From a virus (Duplodnaviria; Caudoviricetes): 52,432 bases of DNA. Both the position numbers and the translations under genes were made by a program. The stretch spans positions 1 to 52,432 of IMG/VR virus record IMGVR_UViG_3300047586_000094. One strand, written 5' to 3'. The notes below the pieces were generated by a model, which did not search any database, was not told the DNA's origin, and worked only from the letters and a program-made list of their open reading frames with translations. Below, one piece after another: positions 1 through 9,572 of this stretch; the first letter of the stretch is position 1, and each line of letters opens with the position of its first letter.

Positions 1-140
1 TAAGCAGCATAAGCAGCATAAGCAGCAGCATCAGCAGCATCAGCAGCAGCAGCATCAGCAGCAGCATCAGCAGCATAAGCAGCATAAGCAGCAGTATCAG
101 CATAAGCAGCAGTATCAGCAGCAGCAGCAGCATCAGCATC
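1..140. repeat. Low-complexity (GCA)n/GCATAA/GCATCA coding repeat
   Basis: Degenerate tandem repeats encoding Ala-Ala-Tyr and Ala-Ala-Asp on the minus strand. Confidence 0.9.
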
Positions 141-416
141 CAATTCTTCTCTTGTGATTTTTCCATTAACATAGTCAAAACAAGCCTGTAAAGCATCTTT
201 ACTTCTTTGATCTCTCATAAGATGTTCAACCTGTTTAGCACACATAGCCTTAGCCATAGTTAATTTCTTGTCATCTACATTTAACCTTTTAGCTAACCAT
301 AGCATCCAATCTCCTCTTTCACAATTCTGCCAAGCAGAAGCACTTGTTTTTTGAGTTTTGACATACTTTCTTGCATCGTAGCAAGCATGTAATCTCTCAA
401 GTTTTGTTGTTTTCAT
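1..416 (-). CDS. Imm5-like phage protein with Ala-rich repeat tail (3' end truncated by window)
   Basis: Manual translation from ATG at 416: MKTTKLERLHACYDARKYV...CERGDWMLWLAKRL...KITREELDADAAAA..., running off the window edge in AAY/AAD repeats; not in ORF track. Confidence 0.75.
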   Translation of the reverse strand, partial: MKTTKLERLHACYDARKYVKTQKTSASAWQNCERGDWMLWLAKRLNVDDKKLTMAKAMCAKQVEHLMRDQRSKDALQACFDYVNGKITREELDADAAAAADTAAYADTAAYAAYAADAAADAAAADAADAAAYAAYAA

Positions 417-442
417 TTTTCCTAAGTTTTACTTTAATTTGA

Positions 443-661
443 TTATTCCTGAACATCACATTCACCATTGGCAAGTAAATGATCTACTAGAAGATTACAA
501 ACAGCTGGGATATTATTACCAAGCTTAAAAACGTAATTCTGATTGAGGTATCCAACCAGCTCTGCATCTGAGTAGTCAAAAGTAATATGACTAAAATTCT
601 TTGTCATATAATTCTTCAACTCTTCCAAGTCGATTCCAGAGGTAACTTTTAAATTTTTCAT
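443..661 (-). CDS. hypothetical protein
   Basis: 72 aa ORF co-oriented with and directly upstream of 1..416. Confidence 0.7.
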   Translation of the reverse strand: MKNLKVTSGIDLEELKNYMTKNFSHITFDYSDAELVGYLNQNYVFKLGNNIPAVCNLLVDHLLANGECDVQE

Positions 662-689
662 CGTCGTAAATATTAGTGGGACATTAATT

Positions 690-1016
690 AGTGGGCAACT
701 AAGGAGATTTGATCTCCCAACGCAATATTCTATATAATAATAGGTGTACTCGCGTCCTTTAGTACCCTTAAGCTTTAGATTTGCACTTCTCTCAACTCTA
801 TATGAGTAATTAGTCAGCTACGCTGGATTTTAAAGTCACATCCAGATTTTACATGCTAGCCGGAGCTTCCAAACCGTCTGAGTTTTACGTCTGAGCTTCG
901 AGCTAACCTCCTGGAAGTTCTGCTTCCGTGGGACTACTCCCTGCTCCCTCTGCGTTGGCGTTAATCCTCGTAACGCTCAGTTTCTGGACCGCCTCTGCTT
1001 GAATCTCATTCCAGAT
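690..1016 (-). ncRNA. putative structured RNA / long 5' leader
   Basis: GC-richer stretch with no ORF of 60 aa or more; several inverted repeats (703-717, 746-765, 823-845, 863-920, 958-976, 983-1015); lies just downstream of a promoter-like element; strand inferred from context. Confidence 0.45.
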
Positions 1017-1023
1017 TACAATA

Positions 1024-1053
1024 TAAAGATAAGAAATATAAATCAGACGACAA
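1024..1053 (-). promoter_or_regulatory. Bacteroidota-type sigma70 promoter (-33/-7)
   Basis: Minus strand reads TTG-N19-TATCTTTA, close to the Bacteroidota consensus TTTG-N19-21-TAnnTTTG. Confidence 0.55.
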
Positions 1054-1239
1054 TGGATTTTTTATGTTATTTTTTATTTCAGATAAAAAGAATTATAAAA
1101 ACCTCAATTTTAGTGAAATAATTGATTACACATTAATGATTTAGAAGATATTACAAAAAATATTTGAAGAATTGTAGAAGAATCTATACTTCCATCTGAT
1201 TAAATTCTATTAATTTTCCACTTTCAAACCTAAATTACT

Positions 1240-1569
1240 GTGGATAATAACTTTAGATGTACAAAATGCAAATTAGAATTTTTAGTTCCACGATACTCCT
1301 TCAAAATTATTAAGAGCATTACCAGTTATTTCATCTCACAAACAGGACAATCTATTCATTGTCCTGTTTGCTTGTCATCCCAGGTAGAAGTAATTCAACA
1401 AAAAACAGATTTAACGACCATTCTATATGGTCGTTTTTCATCTGCCAGTGATGAAGAGAAGAAGAGAATCCTGAAGAAGAGGGCAAAGGAACATAATAAA
1501 AAGACGGAAGAGCAATATCATACTATTGATAAAGAGTTTCGTGGGAAAGTAAATGAAAAACATTACTAA
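1240..1569 (+). CDS. zinc-ribbon hypothetical protein
   Basis: CTKC...CPVC motifs; GTG start. Confidence 0.65.
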   Translation: MDNNFRCTKCKLEFLVPRYSFKIIKSITSYFISQTGQSIHCPVCLSSQVEVIQQKTDLTTILYGRFSSASDEEKKRILKKRAKEHNKKTEEQYHTIDKEFRGKVNEKHY

Positions 1570-1571
1570 CT

Positions 1572-1904
1572 ATGGATAATATATTAAACAGAGAAAATCT
1601 TGACACAATCAGAAAGATTGCAAAAGAATGGGAACCAGGGGTTTTCATTTTTAAACCATTCGATGGTGATTTTGTTTTTTTAGCTGTTGATGAGGTTACG
1701 ATGTATAGTCCATCTGACCATATTCATCACACAACGGTGAAAGGAAAAGATATTTCGTTAGTTGTCAGTCAGCGCTTTGACGCAACAAAATTACAAGGGA
1801 AAAATCCAATATCTACATACATTAATAATATTGAGTATGAAGACGAGTGGGAGGTGCCAGCTGGGGAACGATTCTTGTGGCTTAAAAACAAACAGAGGTT
1901 CTGA
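1572..1904 (+). CDS. hypothetical protein
   Basis: 110 aa ORF tightly coupled to the upstream gene. Confidence 0.65.
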   Translation: MDNILNRENLDTIRKIAKEWEPGVFIFKPFDGDFVFLAVDEVTMYSPSDHIHHTTVKGKDISLVVSQRFDATKLQGKNPISTYINNIEYEDEWEVPAGERFLWLKNKQRF

Positions 1905-2463
1905 TTATTTACATGTTGCATTTGTTCGTACAAAACCACCAAAGCGAACAAGAAGAAAAAAGACGGGATCAGATTTAAAAACACTTTATTACTATCGCTA
2001 TGGTAGGTTACAAATTACTCCGGTAGATAATTCAGGAATTGGTCTTTATTTTGGAACATATGTATTTATTAAGAAATATAGTCCGGAAAAAGATCAATTT
2101 TTAATTGAAGATGTTGATGGACAGAAAACATGGACAGATTTTATAGTACCAATAAAACCCTCAATCGAGGGAATACCTTTATATTATACCTGCTTTGAAT
2201 TTTTAGCCAGACAAAAATATCGTGCCGGACATCAAGTCTGTTATAGAACTAAAAATGGTTTTGCTTTTCTCCGGACAGAACATCAGGTATGTGATGGTGA
2301 ATATAATCTATTTAAAAATGGCTCGTTAAATATTGATAATATTCCCAAGTGTTATAATTTTGCTTTGGGATATTCTGAGAATGAATCTATTCCAACGGAA
2401 ATAATGGGAGTGTGTTGTCAACAAGCTACTAATTCTAACAGTATATATGATGAAACAACTTAA
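1837..2463 (+). CDS. hypothetical protein (start uncertain)
   Basis: ORF track 1762..2463; first in-frame ATG at 1837. Confidence 0.55.
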   Translation: MKTSGRCQLGNDSCGLKTNRGSDYLHVAFVRTKPPKRTRRKKTGSDLKTLYYYRYGRLQITPVDNSGIGLYFGTYVFIKKYSPEKDQFLIEDVDGQKTWTDFIVPIKPSIEGIPLYYTCFEFLARQKYRAGHQVCYRTKNGFAFLRTEHQVCDGEYNLFKNGSLNIDNIPKCYNFALGYSENESIPTEIMGVCCQQATNSNSIYDETT

Positions 2464-2839
2464 ATTGTATGTTCCAGTGGTTATTTCTGGAATTGCTAAG
2501 GTTAAAAAAACCTATAAATTTATTTTAGTAGGAGTTCATAACACAACTCTTATTCGTAATCAATGTCCAACACCAAAAGATATTGGTGAACATTTAATGG
2601 CACAGAGAATGCTCACAGCTAATGGTGGAGTATATACATCCATAAAGATAAATGTCTCCCTGGAAGAATATCAAGCTATGTGTCAGGAGATATCTCGAAA
2701 GATTGGACGGAGGTTTACTCCATCGGTGATTGATATTATATTTCAATTAGGTCAGAAACCCATTATTCAGATTATTGGACCATCAATTCAAAAGAAACTG
2801 GAAATTTCAGTAGAAGAAAAACAAAAAGTAATTGTATAA
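2447..2839 (+). CDS. hypothetical protein
   Basis: 130 aa ORF in operon-like packing. Confidence 0.6.
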   Translation: MMKQLKLYVPVVISGIAKVKKTYKFILVGVHNTTLIRNQCPTPKDIGEHLMAQRMLTANGGVYTSIKINVSLEEYQAMCQEISRKIGRRFTPSVIDIIFQLGQKPIIQIIGPSIQKKLEISVEEKQKVIV

Positions 2840-2847
2840 TATAAAAT

Positions 2848-3042
2848 ATGAATATGTGGTCAGCAATATCAAGAGCTAAAAAGAATATCGTCCTGGAACA
2901 TATTACTATTTTGGAAGATAGTATTATAACTATAACAAAAGGTGTGAAGGAGAAATATGCTTTATGGTATAAAGAGGGAACATTTGATATTTCTCCGGAG
3001 TGTGTTGATGAAGAATATCTTAAAATTATATCCAAAGAATGA
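2848..3042 (+). CDS. hypothetical protein
   Basis: 64 aa ORF; ATGA overlap with next gene. Confidence 0.55.
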   Translation: MNMWSAISRAKKNIVLEHITILEDSIITITKGVKEKYALWYKEGTFDISPECVDEEYLKIISKE

Positions 3043-3320
3043 GAAAGAAATGTGAGTTTTGTGTTCAAAATGTGTGTTATGCCTGGGTTTGTTATTCCGG
3101 TGAAAAATGTGGAGCCAAAGATGAAAAAGGAAATGTGGTGAGAATGGCAAGTATTGAGGAAATAAAGGAACGGGAACGACAATTGGAAAAGAATGCTGGG
3201 CTCACCTCAGAAGAAATTTCCCCTCTACGTGGAAAACATATAGAAAATATGGTTTTGGATGAGGATAAAATCATAACAAAAGCTGATCGTAGAATGCATC
3301 ATAAATATAAAGTGAGATGA
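3039..3320 (+). CDS. Cys-rich hypothetical protein
   Basis: 93 aa; ATGA overlaps at both ends. Confidence 0.6.
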   Translation: MRKKCEFCVQNVCYAWVCYSGEKCGAKDEKGNVVRMASIEEIKERERQLEKNAGLTSEEISPLRGKHIENMVLDEDKIITKADRRMHHKYKVR

Positions 3321-3490
3321 AAGAGATACTTGAACTTACATGGCCAGTATGGCTGATAGTAGCAATATTGGTAATTTTATTGGTTTGGGATTGGTGGGAA
3401 GATAGAAAGAAACCAACAGGCATTATAACTCCTGACAAGAAATTGTCTGATGAGGAGATAAAAAAGTTTAAGGATTTATGGAATAAATAA
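3317..3490 (+). CDS. small membrane protein
   Basis: Manual ORF of 57 aa, MKEILELTWPVWLIVAILVILLVWDWWEDRKK...; one hydrophobic helix. Confidence 0.65.
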   Translation: MKEILELTWPVWLIVAILVILLVWDWWEDRKKPTGIITPDKKLSDEEIKKFKDLWNK

Positions 3491-3497
3491 ATTTATT

Positions 3498-3743
3498 ATG
3501 AAGCAAGATCATTTACAGGACAAATTAGAAGAAACTCTTTACGAGTTTATGGGCAGAACAAGGCACATGGAAGAAGCAAAAAGAATTTTAATGCATCCAA
3601 CAACTTGGGTTGAATTATGTGAAGAAGTTGATGTAACATTTAGAACGAATATTTATTTACTTGATATAAGCAAACCACAATATAGAGGAATAACTATTTA
3701 TCGAACAGAAGATATAAAACAAGGTGAATTTGAAGTTTACTAA
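3498..3743 (+). CDS. hypothetical protein
   Basis: 81 aa ORF. Confidence 0.6.
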   Translation: MKQDHLQDKLEETLYEFMGRTRHMEEAKRILMHPTTWVELCEEVDVTFRTNIYLLDISKPQYRGITIYRTEDIKQGEFEVY

Positions 3744-3755
3744 AATAAATTTGCT

Positions 3756-4037
3756 ATGAAAAAAGATGATGAGGTTTTACAGAGACTTGGTAAACGAATA
3801 AAACTTATTCGTACACGCAAAGGAATGTCACAAAAAACATTAGCTAACAGAGTTTGTATTAGCAGGTCATATATTTCCCAGATAGAACAGGGAAATAAGA
3901 ATTGCTCTTGCACTGTTCTTTTTAGAATATTGGAGATTTTGGATATTCGTATTGTTTTATTTGATGGGATATCAAATGATCAGATTGGTAAAATTATGAC
4001 AAACGTCAATGAAATTATTCGAATATTAAAAAAATAA
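3756..4037 (+). CDS. XRE-family helix-turn-helix regulator
   Basis: LGKRIKLIRTRKGMSQKTLANRVCISRSYISQIEQG is a classic HTH_3 signature. Confidence 0.9.
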   Translation: MKKDDEVLQRLGKRIKLIRTRKGMSQKTLANRVCISRSYISQIEQGNKNCSCTVLFRILEILDIRIVLFDGISNDQIGKIMTNVNEIIRILKK

Positions 4038-4135
4038 TGGAAAAATATGGAATAACTGAAGAAATGGTTAATACTTATATTAAATCATTTCAATTTAAAG
4101 ACAAATTTGTTAACGAATAACGATATAAAGAAAAA

Positions 4136-5269
4136 ATGGATAGAACAAAACCACCGAAGGTTATAATAGATAAAGACGGATGGATGCAAGTACAGATTGA
4201 AGAAGACTTCTTAATACCAGTAGACGTCAGAGATCAAACAGCTTTCTTGAACAGGGAGAAAATAATGAGATATATCAATAATCATCCAGAAAGGATGTAT
4301 CACTATATGGTTGGTGACCAGGAGTTTACAGTTGATTGTAAGTGTAGTGAGTATCTCATTCGAAAACTAATGACTGATAAAGGAGGATTAGAAGAAGATA
4401 TAATACTAGCACAAGAGATAGGACATCAACTTCGATATTTCTATGGTAAGTTAACACAACAGACCAAACTAGCATTCGCGGGTAAATCACAAGCTGGTGG
4501 AGTGCTCGAAGCCAAGGCAGATGAACTGCTCGATTTGTTTGGTTCACTCCATTCTATTGAAGATGTTTGCAGGATAGTAGTTGAACAATGGGGGTTTCAC
4601 GTTCATCCAAATACCATAAGATCATTCTATACCAGGAACTTAAAGGAGATTGAACGACTTAGGGATCAATATGCTGCTGATTATTCTGATGTAGCCTTGA
4701 CGAAGAAACGTGCTCGAATGGATAAATTGTCCATAATTTTTTATACTTATTTTAATAAGTGGTACAAAAATCCTCAGTTGGATTATGCTAATATGTTATT
4801 GAAGTTACTTGAACAGATTAGAAAAGAAGCAGAAGGTGAAATAGTTAATGTGAATGTTCAAGGACAAATCAATATCGATTTAACCTTGGAAGTGAACAAA
4901 ACACTTTATGAAGCATATAAACGTGTGCCGGTTAATAATCTTATCTTGGCAATGGTGGCAGCAAAGAAGGGGATAGACCCAACAAAGTTAATGACTCAGT
5001 TAACGAGCTCTTATTATAAATCTCTGACGGGTTTTGGCACTTATAAACCAGAAGAGGAATTGGTGCATCCGGTTGATTTAACATATAACTGGAATGAGAT
5101 TGAACGTAAGCATCGGACAAAAGATAAATCGATTATAATTGAAGAGGCTCAAATCGTGGAATCAACTGGAAGTTTAAAATCAGATGCTGAAGTAAATACG
5201 ATGAAAAATAAACTTCTTGAACTTCTTGATAAAGATCGTTCAGTTAATAGTAAAAGAATAACGAAATAA
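4136..5269 (+). CDS. DUF2280-like protein, putative terminase small subunit
   Basis: Segment SIEDVCRIVVEQWGFHVHPNTI...DVALTKKRARMDKL resembles DUF2280-type TerS candidates. Confidence 0.45.
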   Translation: MDRTKPPKVIIDKDGWMQVQIEEDFLIPVDVRDQTAFLNREKIMRYINNHPERMYHYMVGDQEFTVDCKCSEYLIRKLMTDKGGLEEDIILAQEIGHQLRYFYGKLTQQTKLAFAGKSQAGGVLEAKADELLDLFGSLHSIEDVCRIVVEQWGFHVHPNTIRSFYTRNLKEIERLRDQYAADYSDVALTKKRARMDKLSIIFYTYFNKWYKNPQLDYANMLLKLLEQIRKEAEGEIVNVNVQGQINIDLTLEVNKTLYEAYKRVPVNNLILAMVAAKKGIDPTKLMTQLTSSYYKSLTGFGTYKPEEELVHPVDLTYNWNEIERKHRTKDKSIIIEEAQIVESTGSLKSDAEVNTMKNKLLELLDKDRSVNSKRITK

Positions 5270-5327
5270 TTTGTATAATAGTGATAAAACTATTATTTTC
5301 TTCTTTTAAAAATTAATCCCCAAAGCT

Positions 5328-6065
5328 ATGAAAGACATAAATAATAACGAGATGTTTCGCAAAGTTTGGATTAAATCTGAAGCAGACTTGCCTAAAAATG
5401 CCGATAGCTATTTTTCTCAGCACGGACACGCTTTACCAGAAGCTATATTTGCCTATCGTAAGTTTGATCCTGATGACCCACAATTAATGGCGATATGGTT
5501 ACACTCTATTGATTGGTATCTTCAGCCCCTCCCCGCCCCAGAATCAAGCGAGGTAACAGATGAGAAAGACAATAAAGATAAAACAAAGGTTTATATTAGT
5601 CCATCAAAAGAACAGATAATTGCATTTGTAAATAATACATGGACTGCATTTTATAGACACGACATAGTTTGTAAAATAGAAGATTCTCTTTTCAATCAAT
5701 CCCAAGGCAGGGGAGTGAGGGAAGAGATTGAGAAAGTAAAAATAAATGCTATATCACGATCATTATCTATGCTAACTCCTGGTGAGTTAAATAAGATTGT
5801 TCAAATAGCCTTAAATGTTGCTTGGGAGGGGAGTGGTCACTTATTAAAAAATAAGGTAGAGTGGCATGAATGTAGATTTTGTCATATATATACAAATATT
5901 CCTGATTCAGAATGTGGGTATAAAAATACACCATCAAATAGCGAACTCTTAAAGAAGATGGAAGAATCAAAAGAATCAAAAGAAGAGTTTCAACTAAATA
6001 AACTTGATGAATGGATTCACCTTATCTCTTCTCCCGCAAAAGCAAATAATAAAAAAATAAACTAA
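5328..6065 (+). CDS. hypothetical mosaic protein
   Basis: 245 aa ORF. Confidence 0.6.
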   Translation: MKDINNNEMFRKVWIKSEADLPKNADSYFSQHGHALPEAIFAYRKFDPDDPQLMAIWLHSIDWYLQPLPAPESSEVTDEKDNKDKTKVYISPSKEQIIAFVNNTWTAFYRHDIVCKIEDSLFNQSQGRGVREEIEKVKINAISRSLSMLTPGELNKIVQIALNVAWEGSGHLLKNKVEWHECRFCHIYTNIPDSECGYKNTPSNSELLKKMEESKESKEEFQLNKLDEWIHLISSPAKANNKKIN

Positions 6066-6076
6066 ATAATACGATA

Positions 6077-6331
6077 ATGGAAAAGAAAATTTATTTGTGT
6101 GAAAATTGTAAAAAAGTAGCTGAAAGTGTAAAAGAATTAAGAAGAGATAACTGGCTACAAATTAACGGAGATATTACACATGGTATAAGCATTTGGTTAG
6201 ATAAACCACGGAAACATAAAGAAGGTGTATCTGATTCATTTATGATTACTATTGGATGGCAAAACAGAGAATATCATTTTTGTTCTATTAAATGTCTTGT
6301 AAAGCTACTTAAAGGTAATGAAAGTATATAA
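6077..6331 (+). CDS. zinc-binding hypothetical protein
   Basis: CENC...HFCSIKC (TRASH/MYM-like). Confidence 0.6.
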   Translation: MEKKIYLCENCKKVAESVKELRRDNWLQINGDITHGISIWLDKPRKHKEGVSDSFMITIGWQNREYHFCSIKCLVKLLKGNESI

Positions 6332-6358
6332 TTAATAATTAAATAAACCCCCAAAGCA

Positions 6359-7177
6359 ATGGACTACAAGAAAGCGTTTGAAAAGCAAAGAGAGATAATT
6401 AATTTATTGGACATTTGGAAATATCCTATGTCACCGTCAGCATGGAATGAACTTAATAGCCTTCGTGATGAACTTGCTGTATTAGAACAAGAGCAGTCAG
6501 AAAATGAAGAAAGAATTGCTCCCGTCAGAGACAAGGAACTTGAAGATATATTAATTGATTTTGCTAATTGGTATTTAAGGCTTATAAAAGTTACTTCTGA
6601 TAAAAACGAAAGATTTGAAATTGAAAATAGAGAGATTATTTGGAGTTTTTTGCGAGGTGATGATTATAAACTTTGGTGGGAAAAAGTCGGAGAACAAGGG
6701 CAGCCTGAGAGAAAGAGTGTGGAAGAAATTAATTTAAAACCTAATCATAAATGTAGGTTAGTTGCAAAAGCATGTATGGGACAAGGTAGGGAATGGTGGT
6801 GTGGTGAATTAATAGAGTCTATTAAAGAATATCCATTAGAAACTCATTGTCTTCATTTAAAAACACAATTAAAAGATGTTGTATTCTTATGTAATAAAGC
6901 AGATTTTCAGCAATTACAATTACTAGGCAGAAGTATTACTGGAAAATTAAACGAAAGATGGGTAATTGCAATGTTAAAAGTAGTAAATCCATTACACAGT
7001 GAAGTTGATCAATCTCAGCCTCAAGTGGAACTGACTGATGAGACGATAAGGGATTATGCAGAAAAAAGATTTCCAAGTCTTAATTCAAATGAGGCAGAGA
7101 TATACGAAAAAGGCATGAAGTTTGCCAGAGATTACATGAAAGGAATAATTAAGGGTAATGTAATGAAAAATAAATAA
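6359..7177 (+). CDS. hypothetical mosaic protein
   Basis: 272 aa ORF. Confidence 0.6.
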   Translation: MDYKKAFEKQREIINLLDIWKYPMSPSAWNELNSLRDELAVLEQEQSENEERIAPVRDKELEDILIDFANWYLRLIKVTSDKNERFEIENREIIWSFLRGDDYKLWWEKVGEQGQPERKSVEEINLKPNHKCRLVAKACMGQGREWWCGELIESIKEYPLETHCLHLKTQLKDVVFLCNKADFQQLQLLGRSITGKLNERWVIAMLKVVNPLHSEVDQSQPQVELTDETIRDYAEKRFPSLNSNEAEIYEKGMKFARDYMKGIIKGNVMKNK

Positions 7178-7274
7178 ACAAGGGAGGTATTACTCTTGCT
7201 GTCTTGAGGAGGATGTTTTGGTATATTTTATTTTTAACTAAAATTTATTAATTTTAATATCAAATTCGAATATT

Positions 7275-7529
7275 ATGAAAAGAGATAATGATAGACGAGA
7301 TAAAATCTATATTGAACGAAGAGGAATAAAGAATGCAGGTACTGGAGCAATAAAGGTTTATCTAAATCATGTGCTTCAATGGTGTCAGGATCAAAAAATG
7401 TCTGATGATGAGATTAAGGAGTTGGATAAACAAATTAATGTAGCTATTATGACTAGCAAGACAATATTTATGAATATTGTTATGCCTCGTATTCAAAAAC
7501 ATATAAAAGAACTTCCTGATGATCATTAA
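7275..7529 (+). CDS. hypothetical protein
   Basis: 84 aa ORF after an AT-rich promoter-like stretch. Confidence 0.6.
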   Translation: MKRDNDRRDKIYIERRGIKNAGTGAIKVYLNHVLQWCQDQKMSDDEIKELDKQINVAIMTSKTIFMNIVMPRIQKHIKELPDDH

Positions 7530-8154
7530 AGGCTTTTGGCATATTTATCTTATTAATCACTGGTACACAATAGTGACTGATCAATTGAGAATACTCCTGA
7601 CATCAGGCTTATATGATAGGTGTGAGGAAATCAATATTGGTTGTATTGAACCAGAGCAGGCTATACAATCAATGTATCTTCGAAAGATGTTTACAGAACA
7701 ATATCCAAAGTTAAAAATCAGATACATTTCAACTATTCCTACAGATTACGAATTTAAGACCCTGAAGCTTATTGAAGAAGATAGGTCAGATTATGTAGGA
7801 TTCTATTTTCACACTAAAGCAGTAACTAAACCCGGAGATACAATACAAAATCACTGGCGAGCCTGGTTGAATGAAGCAATTCTTAATCAATGGGATGAGC
7901 ATTATCATCATGTTAATGATAGTGGATATGATGTATCATCAGTTAATCATTGTCTGTCACCTCAGCATCCGGAACACTTCAGTGGTAATTTCTGGTGGTT
8001 CAATCGGGAGTATATCAAGAGACTACCAAAAGTGGATTCTTTAAATCATCAGAATCGTTGGACTGCTGAACAATGGATATGTCAGGGGCATGGTCGATAT
8101 TATTCGACTGAATTTATGGAGCCTGGAAGAGATATATTTTTGATGAAAAAGTAA
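7519..8154 (+). CDS. putative glycosyltransferase-associated phage protein
   Basis: FYFHTKAV and HFSGNFWW motifs, typical of a family found in phage sugar-modification clusters. Confidence 0.55.
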   Translation: MIIKGFWHIYLINHWYTIVTDQLRILLTSGLYDRCEEINIGCIEPEQAIQSMYLRKMFTEQYPKLKIRYISTIPTDYEFKTLKLIEEDRSDYVGFYFHTKAVTKPGDTIQNHWRAWLNEAILNQWDEHYHHVNDSGYDVSSVNHCLSPQHPEHFSGNFWWFNREYIKRLPKVDSLNHQNRWTAEQWICQGHGRYYSTEFMEPGRDIFLMKK

Positions 8155-8159
8155 AATTA

Positions 8160-8420
8160 TTGTATAATAATACAATAGTTAACTTAAAATTTGAAAGTAT
8201 GGACACACATGGTTATTCGTCGGCTCAAGAAGTAATCCTTATTCGATTTCGTTTTATTTGTGATTTTCTCTTTGACAAGAAGACGTATGATATACATCAG
8301 CTTAAAAGAGAACTTGGTTTGGCATATAATACAATTAAAAAAGTGCTTAAATGTTCACCCAATAGATTTTGGAATATAAATCTAAACAAGAAAACAATTT
8401 GTTACATTTCATTCGAATGA
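8160..8420 (+). CDS. small HTH-like protein (start uncertain)
   Basis: IHQLKRELGLAYNTIKKVL resembles an HTH. Confidence 0.45.
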   Translation: MYNNTIVNLKFESMDTHGYSSAQEVILIRFRFICDFLFDKKTYDIHQLKRELGLAYNTIKKVLKCSPNRFWNINLNKKTICYISFE

Positions 8421-8436
8421 TGCTCTAAAAGCTGAC

Positions 8437-9027
8437 ATGGAGAAAAAGATAGAAGCCTATGCCGTTGAACAGGCTAAGAAAGAAGATGAGTTGCTTGACA
8501 GCTTTCGTAAAGTTTGTAATAGATTGATTTCCAGTCGTGGCTATACTAAAGAAGCTTGTCGTGTAGAAGCTGGTTTGGCAAAAATAACATTTGGTAATAT
8601 TTTTGATGAACACAAACATAAATATTCAAATTCAATTTTGACCAGGATAAGTAAATTTAATCGTGATCGTTTTGTCCTGGCTTATAGATATGATCATACT
8701 AGGGCTAATGATATTGCGTTGGGAACGATTAAACATAAAGGGATAACAAAGAGACCAAATGGTTGTTTAGTTACTCCTAAGAAAGAAGAAGTAAAATACC
8801 GACCTATTCACTTACATAAGACATTATTTCCTAATGTTTTACATGACGCAGTTCATAAAATACCTGATGCGGATAAGATAGCTGCTGAATTAATGAAACA
8901 CGATGTTGAACAGGAAGTTGGTCGGGCATTTATAAAGAAGCTATTCTTTTGGGAACTCATAGCCTTAGCTGGAGATAAGTTACCAGATAATGTAATAGTT
9001 GATATTGAACTTAAGCATAAGAAGTAA
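8437..9027 (+). CDS. hypothetical protein
   Basis: 196 aa ORF coupled to the next gene (TAATG). Confidence 0.6.
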   Translation: MEKKIEAYAVEQAKKEDELLDSFRKVCNRLISSRGYTKEACRVEAGLAKITFGNIFDEHKHKYSNSILTRISKFNRDRFVLAYRYDHTRANDIALGTIKHKGITKRPNGCLVTPKKEEVKYRPIHLHKTLFPNVLHDAVHKIPDADKIAAELMKHDVEQEVGRAFIKKLFFWELIALAGDKLPDNVIVDIELKHKK

Positions 9028-9572
9028 TGAATGACCGGGGAATTTGGACAACACCAGAAGAAGTAGCAACACATGAGTTTGATTTGCAATTATGTGATGC
9101 TATTTTTGAATTATGGAGTGGTGTGGCTTCTGTGGCAGATGTAGGTTGTGGTAAGGGGGATTATGTGAAGACTCTTCTCAGCAAAGGACTTCGATGCCAA
9201 GGATGGGATGGTAATCCTATGACCCCAGAAATAAGTGGGGGGATTTGTCGAGTGATGGATTTTTCTAAGCCAGCTAATATTGGTTTACATGATTTGGTGA
9301 TGAGCTTGGAGGTGGGTGAACATATTCCAAAAAAGTTTGAAAGTCAGTTTATAACTAATCTAACTGAGGCTTCAGTGAGGTGGATAATACTCAGCTGGGC
9401 TATTCCAGGTCAGGGAGGTGTAGGACATTTTAATGAACAGTCAAATATGTATATTATAAATGAGATGGAGAATCGTGGGTTTAAAATACAACCATCTCTT
9501 TCATTAACTCTTCGGCAGAGGAGTACACTTCCGTGGTTTAAAAATACTTTAATGGTTTTCCGTTATGAATGA
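9027..9572 (+). CDS. class I SAM-dependent methyltransferase
   Basis: VADVGCGKG motif I; SLEVGEHI. Confidence 0.85.
   Translation: MNDRGIWTTPEEVATHEFDLQLCDAIFELWSGVASVADVGCGKGDYVKTLLSKGLRCQGWDGNPMTPEISGGICRVMDFSKPANIGLHDLVMSLEVGEHIPKKFESQFITNLTEASVRWIILSWAIPGQGGVGHFNEQSNMYIINEMENRGFKIQPSLSLTLRQRSTLPWFKNTLMVFRYE

Noticed and set aside
1-140. CRISPR array or DGR repeat
   Set aside because: Short degenerate trinucleotide-based coding repeats without spacers; no reverse transcriptase or cas genes in the window
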